Notes under the pieces: model-generated
What the model was told of the DNA's origin: nothing
Seen by the model: only the letters and a program-made list of their open reading frames with translations
The model's database searches: none
From: Deltaproteobacteria bacterium
GTDB lineage: Bacteria > Myxococcota_A > Polyangia > Polyangiales > Houyiibacteriaceae
Assembly (NCBI GenBank): GCA_034670305.1
Contig: JAXMNT010000007.1
Location: forward strand, 96,001-160,000
Length of the DNA stretch: 64,000 bases
Direction: 5' to 3'
Part shown: piece by piece, positions 24,432-33,810 of the stretch
Numbering within the stretch: position 1 is the stretch's first letter
Layout: each line of letters begins with the position of its first letter
Program-made: the position numbers and the translations under genes

Positions 24432-25196
24432 ATGACCCGAGCCATCATTCTCGCCGCCGGAAAAGGCACCCGCCTCGTGCAGGGCCGCCCGTACCCGAAG
24501 CCGCTCGAAGAAGTCGACGGGATCCCCCTCATCGTGCGCATCCTGTCCGCGCTCGATCGATCGGGCATCAGCGAGGTGGGCATCGTCGTCGGTCACCTTG
24601 GCGACGTGCTGCGAGACGCGCTCGAGACCCGCACCATCGGTCCACGAATCACGTTCTTCGAGAACGACGAGATCGACAAACCGAACGGGACCTCCCTGCT
24701 CAAGGCAGCCGAGTTCGTCCGCGGCCCGACCTACCTGCTCATGAGCGACCATCTCTGGTCGCCATCGCTGATCCGCAAAGTCTCTCGCTTCCCGCTGGCC
24801 CATGACGAGTCGGTACTCGCCGTCGACCGAGACGTCCCGGGCTGCTTTGACTTGCCCGACGCGACCAAGGTCCGCGTCCGCGGCGATCGCATCGTCGAGA
24901 TCGGCAAGGAGCTTCCGAGCTTCGATTGCCTCGACACCGGTGTCTTCCGAATCACCCCGGCGCTCATCGAAGCGCTGCAGGCCGCCGAGACCGAAGAGGG
25001 CTGTTCGCTCTCCCAGGGCGTGGCGACGTTGGCCGCCCGCGGCAAGATGCGGGTCGTCGATGTGACGGGATGCAGCTGGATCGACGTGGACACCCCCGAC
25101 GCGCACGAGGAAGCCGAACGCCGCATTCGACGCTACGGCGACGACCTGACCCCGCGCCGCGTCCCGGCCGTGGCCGCCATGGGCCTGCTCGCCTGA
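24432..25196 (+). CDS. NTP transferase, inositol-1-phosphate cytidylyltransferase (IPCT)-like
   Basis: AIILAAGKGTRL...PKPL, NGTSLL, MSDH, DATKV...IGKEL..FDCLDTG, WIDVDT. Confidence 0.8.
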   Translation: MTRAIILAAGKGTRLVQGRPYPKPLEEVDGIPLIVRILSALDRSGISEVGIVVGHLGDVLRDALETRTIGPRITFFENDEIDKPNGTSLLKAAEFVRGPTYLLMSDHLWSPSLIRKVSRFPLAHDESVLAVDRDVPGCFDLPDATKVRVRGDRIVEIGKELPSFDCLDTGVFRITPALIEALQAAETEEGCSLSQGVATLAARGKMRVVDVTGCSWIDVDTPDAHEEAERRIRRYGDDLTPRRVPAVAAMGLLA

Positions 25197-25252
25197 GCTC
25201 AGTCCGAGCGCCTGACCCCGACGCCGTGCTTGCCAACGCAAGCGCGGCGTTC

Positions 25253-25288
25253 GTGTCTGAGGCTGCCGCTGTGTCTGAGGCTGCCGCT
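25253..25288. repeat. 18-bp tandem duplication between convergent genes
   Basis: GTGTCTGAGGCTGCCGCT occurs twice in tandem. Confidence 0.9.
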
Positions 25289-25290
25289 GC

Positions 25291-26949
25291 TCAGCGAGAC
25301 GTGAAGTTCAGCGGCACTTCGAAGTGCATGGGTCCACCCGGAGACGGGAAGGACCAACGACGCGCTTCTTCCTCGAGGCAGCGGCTGAACGCGGGCGGCG
25401 CCTCGTCTGAAGAGACCACCCGAACCTGACGCACGCGACCGTCCCGCGCGAGCGCGACCCGGAGCGCGTACCGACCGCGCAGATCGGGGTGGGTGCGACG
25501 CAGCGTGTGTTCGTAGCAGCGGCGCAGCCAACGTTGCCGCGGGGCGACCACCGCTCGGATCACCGCCGGCTCCAAGTGCCCCGGCACGACCTCCGTGCGG
25601 AGCGAACGTTCTTCCAGCGTGCCGCCTTCCGCGAGCAGTTCGAGTTCCGTCTGGTGCGCCCGTCCCGCGGTGTCGAACGCGGTGATGGAGACCTGGCCGG
25701 CCGGGAGTCGCAGATGAAGTGGACCCGCACCTTCCATTCGATCGCCATCGATCTCCCACGCCACGAACCGGTCACTCGCCGGGATGGTGAGCGGCGCGAG
25801 TGCTTCGTCCGAAGGAGTGAGATCCCGCGGCGTCGCGACGTGCCCCTCGCCGTCTCCACGCAGGGCGGTCGTGGTCACGGACTCCGCGCTGTGCCACTGC
25901 GCGGGCGCCTCGAGCAACTCGATGCGCGCGCCGTCGCGGTGCCGGAGCTCGACCCTGCCTTCGTCGAGCGTCACCGAGAGGTGCTCGCCGTCCACCGCCA
26001 CCTCGAAGCGCGTCCCCCGGACGTGCACTTCGTACAAGTCGGTGTGGACCATGTACCGAGTCCCCGTCCGGACCTGGTTCGAGATGCGGCCGCTGCGGAG
26101 TTCGATCGTGATGCCGTCCTCGGTGAGTTCGGTGGGCGCGGCGTCCCCCTCGAGTACGAAGCCGGTGCCCTCCGCCAAACGCACGTGAAGCGCACCCTCG
26201 GCGCGGAGCGGCTGGTCGACCCGGACCGCGTCTCCGAGTCGAATCGGCTCCAAGGCGTCGCCATCGAGTCGGTATGCCTCACCCACCATTGCCGTGACTT
26301 CGCCGACGATCACGGCGGCGATCTCTGGCGCGCGGGTCGGCAGCGGACGTTCGACTTCGGCCACCGTGTCCGAAGCCGGTTGGTTCGAAATCCATGCGAC
26401 TGCGAGCGCGGCCGCGGCCGCGAGTCCGACCATCCAGACCGCGGTGCGACGCGCAGGCTGCCGCGCGACACTGCGCGCCTCGCGGCGAAGCGCGAGCTCC
26501 ATGCGCGAGAAGTCCACCGGCGGCATCGCGGTCTCGGCTTCCGCTTCGCCGGAGAGCTCGGCGAACGCCCGGATTTGCGCGAGCGCCTCCCGGTCGATCG
26601 ACGAGGCCTCCAAGAAGCGTTCGAGCGTCTCCCGAGCTCCGGTCGACAGGGCCCCTTCTTCGTATGCCATCAGCGCCCGCCAGCGCGGCGTGCGCGAACG
26701 TCCCGCGCCTCGCTCCGCTGTCTGCTTCGGCTCATCCGCGATGGCGGCCGACAGTCCCTCCGCGACCCGGTCCCAGTCGAGCGTGGGGACCGGCAACGTC
26801 CCGACGTCGCCGGCGACGGAGGCGAGCGCCCGAACCTCCGCGAGCGCGCGGCGATGTTCGCTCGATTCGAGGAGACGTTCGACGCGCCGCTGACCGGCTT
26901 CGCTGAGGCGACCCGCCGCGTACGCTTCGAGTGCTCGAAGTTTGCTCAT
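25291..26949 (-). CDS. Anti-sigma factor: duplicated N-terminal domain, TM, FecR domain, PEGA-like segment and AgmX/PglI (TonB-C-like) domain
   Basis: FecR motif ELRSG...V.VRGTRFEV...VTLDEGRVEL; C-terminal LRRCYEHTLR...LRGR...DGRV...C...WSFP; ATGA overlap with the ECF sigma gene. Confidence 0.8.
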   Translation of the reverse strand: MSKLRALEAYAAGRLSEAGQRRVERLLESSEHRRALAEVRALASVAGDVGTLPVPTLDWDRVAEGLSAAIADEPKQTAERGAGRSRTPRWRALMAYEEGALSTGARETLERFLEASSIDREALAQIRAFAELSGEAEAETAMPPVDFSRMELALRREARSVARQPARRTAVWMVGLAAAAALAVAWISNQPASDTVAEVERPLPTRAPEIAAVIVGEVTAMVGEAYRLDGDALEPIRLGDAVRVDQPLRAEGALHVRLAEGTGFVLEGDAAPTELTEDGITIELRSGRISNQVRTGTRYMVHTDLYEVHVRGTRFEVAVDGEHLSVTLDEGRVELRHRDGARIELLEAPAQWHSAESVTTTALRGDGEGHVATPRDLTPSDEALAPLTIPASDRFVAWEIDGDRMEGAGPLHLRLPAGQVSITAFDTAGRAHQTELELLAEGGTLEERSLRTEVVPGHLEPAVIRAVVAPRQRWLRRCYEHTLRRTHPDLRGRYALRVALARDGRVRQVRVVSSDEAPPAFSRCLEEEARRWSFPSPGGPMHFEVPLNFTSR

Positions 26950-27581
26950 GGCGCGTTCTCCGCGGAGGTCGCCTTCGCCTTCTTGCGCTTCTTCCGGGCC
27001 GGCTTTCCGGGCAACGCGTCGAGCAGTTCATCGACCACCGCGGCGAGGCTCGGCTCCTCGGAGAGCGCGGCGTAGAGTTCCTTGCGCGCGTAGAAGAGGC
27101 GGGTCCGCACGGTGAGCACCGGAGCCTCGACCACCTCCGCGATCTCTTTCGCGCTCATGCCCTCGAAGTCGTGCAGCACGAGGACCTCGCGCTTCTTCTC
27201 GCTGAGCCGATCCACCAGACGGTACAGCGCTTCGACCCGCTCGCGCCGCTCGACCGCCTGGTCGGGGGCGTCGTCCCGGGGTTCGAGCCGCTCTGGAATG
27301 GGCACGTCCGCAAAACGCGGGCGCGACTTCTTCCGGCGCAGATGCATCTTCGTGACGTTGGCCGAAAGCCGGTAAAGCCACGTGGTGAACTTCGCCTCAC
27401 CCCGGAAGGTGTGCAGCGAGCGGTAGACGTGGATGAACACGTCCTGGACCACATCCTCGATCTCAGAGGAGGGGCCCATCACCCGATACACGACCCGCGC
27501 AACGGTGTCCCTGTACTTCAGGAAGAGCTCTTGAAACGCTGCCTGGTCCCCGTTTTGGGCCCGCTCGACAAGAGGATCCAC
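26946..27581 (-). CDS. ECF RNA polymerase sigma factor (start uncertain; ORF is open to 27701)
   Basis: AQNGDQAAFQELF, DVVQDVF, FTTWLYR, EGMSAKEIA...TVRTRLFYAR. Confidence 0.93.
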   Translation of the reverse strand: MDPLVERAQNGDQAAFQELFLKYRDTVARVVYRVMGPSSEIEDVVQDVFIHVYRSLHTFRGEAKFTTWLYRLSANVTKMHLRRKKSRPRFADVPIPERLEPRDDAPDQAVERRERVEALYRLVDRLSEKKREVLVLHDFEGMSAKEIAEVVEAPVLTVRTRLFYARKELYAALSEEPSLAAVVDELLDALPGKPARKKRKKAKATSAENAP

Positions 27582-27758
27582 ACGTCGCCTGGGGTTCTGA
27601 GTCGCGGAGTTCGTGGTGAAGGCGGGCAGAATGCCCGCTGCCGGGGACGGTAGCACGGTCACACCCACTGGTTGCCGGGGCCACACCCGACATTCACCCA
27701 CCGGGTGAACCCAGCCAAGCCCGTTGCGGTCGCAGGCACACCGGTCTATGGCTCCGCC

Positions 27759-28760
27759 GTGCTGGAGGTCGAAGGGCTCACCAAACTCTACGGGTCGCGG
27801 GTCGCCGTCGACGATGTCTCATTCCGGGTGGGACGCGGCGAGGTCGTGGGATTTCTGGGACCGAACGGCGCCGGCAAGAGCACGACGCTCCGGATGATCA
27901 CGGGGTTCCTTGCCCCGACCGCCGGCCGCATCCGGGTCGATGGCATCGACGCCATCAAGTCGCCGCTCGAGGCCCGCGCCCTCATCGGATACATGCCGGA
28001 AGGTGTGCCGCTCTACCCCGAGATGCGGGTGTTCGAGTACCTGCGCTACCGGGCCGAACTCAAGGGCATCCGTGGCAAGAAGGGCATCGCCGCCGCGGTG
28101 GACCGCAGCCTCGATCAAGCCGCCGTGCAGGACGCCGAGACCCGCATCATCGGCCAGCTCTCGAAGGGCTACCGCCAGCGGGTGGGACTCGCCGACGCAC
28201 TGCTCACCGACCCGCCGCTCTTGATTCTGGACGAACCCACGAGCGGTTTGGACCCGAACCAGATCCGTTCGGTGCGTGCTCTGGTGCGCGGCTTCGCGAA
28301 GGACAAGACCGTCTTCCTCTCGACCCACATTCTTCCGGAGGTCGAAGCGATCTGTTCGCGCGTGATCATCATCGATCGCGGGCGCATGGTGGGGGAGGGC
28401 GAACCCGGCACGCTGCGGCGCGGCGAATCCTCCGTGGTCACGTTCGTCGGACTCGGGGCCGTGGACGCGTTCGAAGACGTGCTCGAGGGGCTCGAGGTGG
28501 TCGTGGACTACGAGCTCGAACCGCAGGGGGATCTGCTGCACGGACACGTGCGGGTCACCGCCGACACGGGCGCCGAAGCCATCTTCACCGCGGTCGCCGC
28601 CGCCGGACTCTCGCTCCGTGAACTGCGTCCCGGCGGCGCGAGCCTCGAAGACGTCTTCACCTCCCTCACCGCCGAGGAAGACGACGACGAAGAAGACCAG
28701 GGCACCGACGAGGACGACGGCGAGCCGAGCGCCGCGGCCCGTGGGGGAGAAGAACAATGA
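27759..28760 (+). CDS. ABC transporter ATP-binding protein, GldA-like
   Basis: GPNGAGKST, LSKGYRQRVGLA, LILDEPTSGLDPNQI, STHILPEV. Confidence 0.93.
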   Translation: MLEVEGLTKLYGSRVAVDDVSFRVGRGEVVGFLGPNGAGKSTTLRMITGFLAPTAGRIRVDGIDAIKSPLEARALIGYMPEGVPLYPEMRVFEYLRYRAELKGIRGKKGIAAAVDRSLDQAAVQDAETRIIGQLSKGYRQRVGLADALLTDPPLLILDEPTSGLDPNQIRSVRALVRGFAKDKTVFLSTHILPEVEAICSRVIIIDRGRMVGEGEPGTLRRGESSVVTFVGLGAVDAFEDVLEGLEVVVDYELEPQGDLLHGHVRVTADTGAEAIFTAVAAAGLSLRELRPGGASLEDVFTSLTAEEDDDEEDQGTDEDDGEPSAAARGGEEQ

Positions 28761-29503
28761 GGGCCGCGTGGACCATCGCCAAACGCGAGGTGCGCTCGTA
28801 CTTCACCTCGCCCATCGCGTATGTGTTGCTCGTCGCCTGGATCCTCGTGACCGGCCTGAGCTTCTACACCCTCGTGCACTGGTTCGCGGGACGCCCAGCC
28901 ACCGGCGGCAGCGACAACCCGCTCACGCTCTTCTTCGGCGGCACCGTCTTGTTCTGGCTTCCGCTTCTGGTGTTCGCACCCATCATGACGATGCGGCTGT
29001 TCGCAGCCGAGCGCAGCAGCGGCACGCTCGAGCCGCTCATGACGGTTCCCATCCGCGAGGTCTCCATCGTCGCCGGCAAACTCGCGGCGGCCATGACCTT
29101 CTGGGTCGCCCTTTGGGTCCCGACGTTTCTGTATGTCTGGATCGTCAGCCGCTACGGCGACATCGATCTCGGCGCGGTGGCGGCGAGCTACTTCGGCGTG
29201 TTCGGCATCGGCTTGTTCTACATGTCGTGGGGCATGCTGATGAGCGCGCTCTCCACCAACCAGATCGTCGCGGCCATCTTGAGCTTCCTGGTCATCGGGT
29301 TGTTCTTCGTCGCCGGCATCTTCCAGTTCGTGGTCGACGGTCCCACCCGTGACCTGCTCGCGTACGTGAGCGTCTGGAGCCAGATGACCGACTTCGCCAA
29401 AGGCGTCGTCGACACCCGCTACCTCGTCTTCTACGGGAGCTGGAGCGCGGTCGCGTTCTTCCTCACGGTCCGAGTGCTCGCCTGGCGGAGGATCGCAGGA
29501 TGA
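28757..29503 (+). CDS. ABC-2 permease, GldF-like
   Basis: KREVRSYFTSPIAY, PIMTMRLFAAERSSGTLE.L.T.P, STNQIVA; multiple TM segments. Confidence 0.9.
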   Translation: MRAAWTIAKREVRSYFTSPIAYVLLVAWILVTGLSFYTLVHWFAGRPATGGSDNPLTLFFGGTVLFWLPLLVFAPIMTMRLFAAERSSGTLEPLMTVPIREVSIVAGKLAAAMTFWVALWVPTFLYVWIVSRYGDIDLGAVAASYFGVFGIGLFYMSWGMLMSALSTNQIVAAILSFLVIGLFFVAGIFQFVVDGPTRDLLAYVSVWSQMTDFAKGVVDTRYLVFYGSWSAVAFFLTVRVLAWRRIAG

Positions 29504-31080
29504 GCGCGTCGAAGAAGAAGCCCGACCAAGAGTCGACCGAGCCGGACGTGGCGAAGGCAACCGAAGACCGGGTGCCCACCCGAGACGACGCGGAGACCGG
29601 CCGAGCGATGGCAAGGCAGCGGCTGCACGCGATCGTCGGCAGCCTGCTCGCGCTCTTCGTGTGCCTCGAGGTGAACTACCTCGCGTTCCGCCACTTCCAC
29701 CGCTTCGACTGGACGAGCGACGACCGCTTCACGCTCTCGGAGCGCACCCACGAAGAGCTGGCGCGCCTCGACCAGAACATCGACGTCTTCATCATCCTCT
29801 CCGAAGCCGAACCCGCCTTCGCGGATCTGCACGAACTGTTGCAGCGCTACCGAGCGGACTCGACGCTCCTGACGGTCACCCACGTCGACCCCGACCTGCA
29901 GGCCGCGGAGCTGCGCCGGGTCGCGGAGCGGTTCGACCTCGAGGTGGGCATGGCGTCCACCGGCGAAGCCATCGCCGACGTCGCGATCGTCATCGCCAGC
30001 GGTGATCGGCACTGGAAGATCACCCGCGACGATTTGTTCTCGCTCGACGTCGACGACCTCGAAGGCAACGCCGCACCGATGGTCGACGTGAAGTCGGAGC
30101 GAGCGCTCACCGGCGGCATCGTCCAGGTCCTGCGCGGCGACGCGACCCACGTGTGCTTGACCACCGGGCGCGGGGAGTGGGGCCCGAGCGGCGAGCGGCC
30201 GAACTACCTCCTGCGCGAAGAGTTCGAACGCGAGAACATCGTGCTCGAGATGTTGCCGGCGGTTGGGCTCGCCGCCATCCCAGACAGCTGCGACGCGGTC
30301 TTCGTGCTCGGGCCGCAGCGCGGGTTCTCGATCGACGAGGCACGGGTTCTGATCGAATGGGTGCGCGCCGGCGGCGATGTGTTGCTCGCCCTCGATCCGA
30401 TCCTCGAGCGGGAGGCGGTCGAACCAAGCGGCTTCGAGGACGTGCTCTCCGAGCTCGGCATCTCGCTCGACCCGGACGTGGTGCTCGAACTCGACCCGCG
30501 CTTGCTCTTGCGCCGAGATCCGAGCGACCTCTTCCGCATCGCAACACTGGGCGACCACGTGACCACCCGCGCTGCGCGGATCCGTGGCGGGAGCTTTGGC
30601 GTGAACCTCGTCCGAAGCGTGCGCGCCGACGAAGGCTCGACCGCGATCCCGCTGCTGTTGACCTCCGACGCGGCATTCGGCGAGATGGATCTGGGCGCGA
30701 TGATTCGCGACGCGGACCTCGAGGCGGGGCCCGAGGATCTGCCAGGACCGCTTTCGATCGCCGTCGCGGCCGAAGCACCCACCCCCGGCGCCGAACCCGG
30801 CGACCGGCCGGGTCGCATCGTCGTGTTGGGCGACTCGGATTGGTTGGAGCCCGGACTGCTGCTGGACGGACAGTTCAGCAACATCGATCTGCTCATGGCG
30901 TGGACCGGGTGGCTCACCGAACGCGACGCACTCATCGCGATTCCGCCGAGGCGCGCCAACCTCCAGGCGGTCGTCATGAGCGAGGCCGACGTGGCCGGCG
31001 TGCGTTGGCGGGTGTTCGGCATGTTGCCCGGCGCGGTGTTGCTGCTCGGCTTCGCTGTGTGGTGGTCGCGGAGGCAATGA
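29500..31080 (+). CDS. GldG-like ABC auxiliary protein
   Basis: RFDWTSDDRFTLSERT, TTGRGE, GRIVVLGDSD, N.DL....GWL, C-terminal TM. Confidence 0.88.
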   Translation: MSASKKKPDQESTEPDVAKATEDRVPTRDDAETGRAMARQRLHAIVGSLLALFVCLEVNYLAFRHFHRFDWTSDDRFTLSERTHEELARLDQNIDVFIILSEAEPAFADLHELLQRYRADSTLLTVTHVDPDLQAAELRRVAERFDLEVGMASTGEAIADVAIVIASGDRHWKITRDDLFSLDVDDLEGNAAPMVDVKSERALTGGIVQVLRGDATHVCLTTGRGEWGPSGERPNYLLREEFERENIVLEMLPAVGLAAIPDSCDAVFVLGPQRGFSIDEARVLIEWVRAGGDVLLALDPILEREAVEPSGFEDVLSELGISLDPDVVLELDPRLLLRRDPSDLFRIATLGDHVTTRAARIRGGSFGVNLVRSVRADEGSTAIPLLLTSDAAFGEMDLGAMIRDADLEAGPEDLPGPLSIAVAAEAPTPGAEPGDRPGRIVVLGDSDWLEPGLLLDGQFSNIDLLMAWTGWLTERDALIAIPPRRANLQAVVMSEADVAGVRWRVFGMLPGAVLLLGFAVWWSRRQ

Positions 31081-31081
31081 C

Positions 31082-33232
31082 GTGAACCGCCACACCACCA
31101 CCGCGCTCGCCGTCGTCGCGATCGGCCTGTTCGCCTTCATCGTGCTCTACGAGCGCCACACCCTCTCGAGTGGAGAGGTGGCGGAGGTGCGGGGGCAGCT
31201 GCTCGAGCGCTTCGTGCGCGCGCGAGTCGACCGCATCGAGATCACCCGCGGCGACGATGCCACGACGCTGCAGCGCCACCGCGAAGCCGACGAGTTGCTC
31301 GGCTCCTGGCGTGTCGAAGAACCGTTCGATTCGCTCGCCGACGACGACGTGGTCGGGTCGCTGCTCGGCGCGGTTCAGTACGCGGCCGCCCGCCGCACGC
31401 TCGAGGACGTGTCCGACGCCAACCGCGACGAGTTCGGCCTTGGTTCGCCGCGTCTGACCGCGCGCTTCCGGGTCGCCAACGAGTGGGTCGAGTTGGCGTT
31501 CGGTTCGGAAGACCCGACCGAGACGGGCCTCTACATGGCGGTCGACGACGTCGTGCACGTGGTCGGCAAAGACGTGTTCGAGGCGCTCGACCACGACCCC
31601 GCGTACTTTCGTTCGAAGCGCCTCCTCGAGCGGGGTGTCGTCACCGCGACGACGTTGGAGATCGAGTTCGAGAGCGGTGTTCGCAGCCTCACCCGCGAGG
31701 GATCGAACGAGCAGGTGGGCAGTTGGTTCATGGACCTCGGCGACGGCCGAGTCTTGGCCGCGACCACGCGGGTGGAAGAAGCCCTGCAAGCCTTCACCGA
31801 TCTCACCGCGAGCACGTTCCCCTCGAACGATTCGATTGGCACGGTCTGGCTGCGCGCGACCGCGTCGCTCGTGGCGGTGGGCGACCAACCCGCCCGTCGG
31901 GTGGAGCTCCGCGTCGGCGAACCTTGCGAAGGCGGCAGGCTCGCACAAGCGACCACCCGTCCCGACTCTGGCGACGCGCTGGAGAGTGCCATCGGATGCA
32001 TCGCCCCCGCGGCACTCGCGGGGCTGACCCGTCCTGCCGAAGAGTGGCGGGAAACGCGGCCCATCACGCTCACGGACCTCGAGATCGAATCGCTCGAAGT
32101 GGTGCAAGGGCGTGTCACGCTCCGCGTCGCGCTCGACGAAGGCGCCTGGCAGTTCACGCGAACGAACGGTGGACGGCCGTCCGGCTCCGGCGACGTGGAC
32201 GACGAAGCCCTCGCCGCGTGGCTCCAAGAGTTGCGCCGCGCTCGGTCCACGGCGTTCGTGGACGCGAACAACCTCTCCGTCTACGGCCTGGACTCCCCGA
32301 CGGGCGTACTCACCATCGTCGACCAGGAGGGTGGGTCGCACCGCGTCGCGGTGGGTGCGGTCTCGGCCGAGGGCCTGTACGTGCGCCGGGACGACGAGCC
32401 GCAGATCCTCGTTCTCCCAGAGACCGCTGAAGGGCTCTTCGAACCGAGGGCGAGCCGGCTCCGCAACGTGCAGGTGCTCGACGAAGCACCCGGTGCCATC
32501 GGCGCGATCGAAATCGCCTGGCCGGACGCACGCGACACACTGACCCGCGCCGACGACGGCTGGACCCGCAGCGGACCGGTGCCTGTGGCCTCCGACGAAG
32601 TAGATGGCCTCGCCCGGGCGCTGGCACGGCTTCGGGTGGAACGTTTCGAAGGCGATGCGCCCGAACCGCGGTTCGGCCTCGACGCACCACGGGCCCGAGT
32701 TCAATTCACCCTCGGCGATGCGCTCTTGGTCGGAGCACCTGCCGGCGACGACGGCGATGCGTTCGGTCAACTCGAAGGCGACGCGTCGGTGTTCGTGCTC
32801 TCGGCGCCGCTCGTCGACCGCGTGCTCGGGCCGCTGGTGCCAGACGACGTCTTGGCCACCGGCATCCTTTACCTCGATTCGCTCACCATCGAAGGGGAGG
32901 GACGTCGGATCGAACTTCGCCACGACGGACGGGTCTTCTCGAACGACGACGGCCCACTCGAGGCGGACGCCAGCGAACGGCTGGGGGACGCCATCGAACG
33001 CCTCCGGATTCGCGGCGCGTCCGGGCTCGGCGCAGCAGCATCCGCCGAGCCCCGTCTGCGGGTCATCGTCCAGCGCGGAAACGAGAGCGACCCCCCACGT
33101 CGGTACGAGATCCTGGTGGGACCGCCGACCGGCTCGGCCGACGAGACGGAAGTCCGCCGATCGGACCTCCCGGTCACACTCCGAGTGCGCGAGTCCGACC
33201 TGGCCCCATTCTTCGAAGTCGTCCGGCGGTAG
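31082..33232 (+). CDS. DUF4340 multi-repeat protein
   Basis: N-terminal TM and repeated FGLGSP/YGLDSP/FGLDAP motifs; follows GldG as in typical GldAFG-DUF4340 operons. Confidence 0.8.
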   Translation: MNRHTTTALAVVAIGLFAFIVLYERHTLSSGEVAEVRGQLLERFVRARVDRIEITRGDDATTLQRHREADELLGSWRVEEPFDSLADDDVVGSLLGAVQYAAARRTLEDVSDANRDEFGLGSPRLTARFRVANEWVELAFGSEDPTETGLYMAVDDVVHVVGKDVFEALDHDPAYFRSKRLLERGVVTATTLEIEFESGVRSLTREGSNEQVGSWFMDLGDGRVLAATTRVEEALQAFTDLTASTFPSNDSIGTVWLRATASLVAVGDQPARRVELRVGEPCEGGRLAQATTRPDSGDALESAIGCIAPAALAGLTRPAEEWRETRPITLTDLEIESLEVVQGRVTLRVALDEGAWQFTRTNGGRPSGSGDVDDEALAAWLQELRRARSTAFVDANNLSVYGLDSPTGVLTIVDQEGGSHRVAVGAVSAEGLYVRRDDEPQILVLPETAEGLFEPRASRLRNVQVLDEAPGAIGAIEIAWPDARDTLTRADDGWTRSGPVPVASDEVDGLARALARLRVERFEGDAPEPRFGLDAPRARVQFTLGDALLVGAPAGDDGDAFGQLEGDASVFVLSAPLVDRVLGPLVPDDVLATGILYLDSLTIEGEGRRIELRHDGRVFSNDDGPLEADASERLGDAIERLRIRGASGLGAAASAEPRLRVIVQRGNESDPPRRYEILVGPPTGSADETEVRRSDLPVTLRVRESDLAPFFEVVRR

Positions 33233-33366
33233 TTGGGGGTATGGGCGGTCGCCCACGGGGCGCATCGCCACATCTGTCGGTTTCACCCCTGAGCTTTGGC
33301 CTTGCAATGTTGGGTCCAGCCCTCGGAGCAGCAGGCAAAAGATGAGTGATTTCAGGTCGAGTTGTG

Positions 33367-33382
33367 TGGCACGCTCGTTGCG
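33367..33382 (+). promoter_or_regulatory. Sigma54 -24/-12 promoter, near consensus
   Basis: TGGCACG-CTCG-TTGCG. Confidence 0.8.
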
Positions 33383-33397
33383 AATGCCCTTCGCGCC

Positions 33398-33766
33398 GTG
33401 GCCCAGCGAATCCTCATTGTCGACGACGAAGAGAACCAGAGACGCACTCTGGCGATCGGCCTCCGTCTGGAAGAATTTGAAGTCTCGGAGGCGGCCGATG
33501 GGGAGACCGCGCTCGTCGCGCTGGACGCCGAGGAGATCCACGTCGCCATCGTGGATCTGATGATGCCGGGCATGAACGGACTCGACCTGGCGCGCCGGAT
33601 TCGCCGCCACCACCCGGATGTCCAGGTCCTCCTGACCAGCGCGTACCACCTCTCGGAGCGCCAACTCGCCCGCGCCGACGTGGGTGCGATCGGCTTCGTG
33701 CCGAAGCCTTTTCATCTGGCCGAGCTCGTCGGCTTCATCCGCCAGAAGCGCGACAGCCGTCCCTGA
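33398..33766 (+). CDS. Single-domain response regulator (CheY-like)
   Basis: ILIVDDE, DLMMPGMNG, TSA, KPF. Confidence 0.92.
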   Translation: MAQRILIVDDEENQRRTLAIGLRLEEFEVSEAADGETALVALDAEEIHVAIVDLMMPGMNGLDLARRIRRHHPDVQVLLTSAYHLSERQLARADVGAIGFVPKPFHLAELVGFIRQKRDSRP

Positions 33767-33810
33767 CCCGGGGTCTGTGTCCGGACCGCCCAAGCGGGAC
33801 GCACCAGTTT

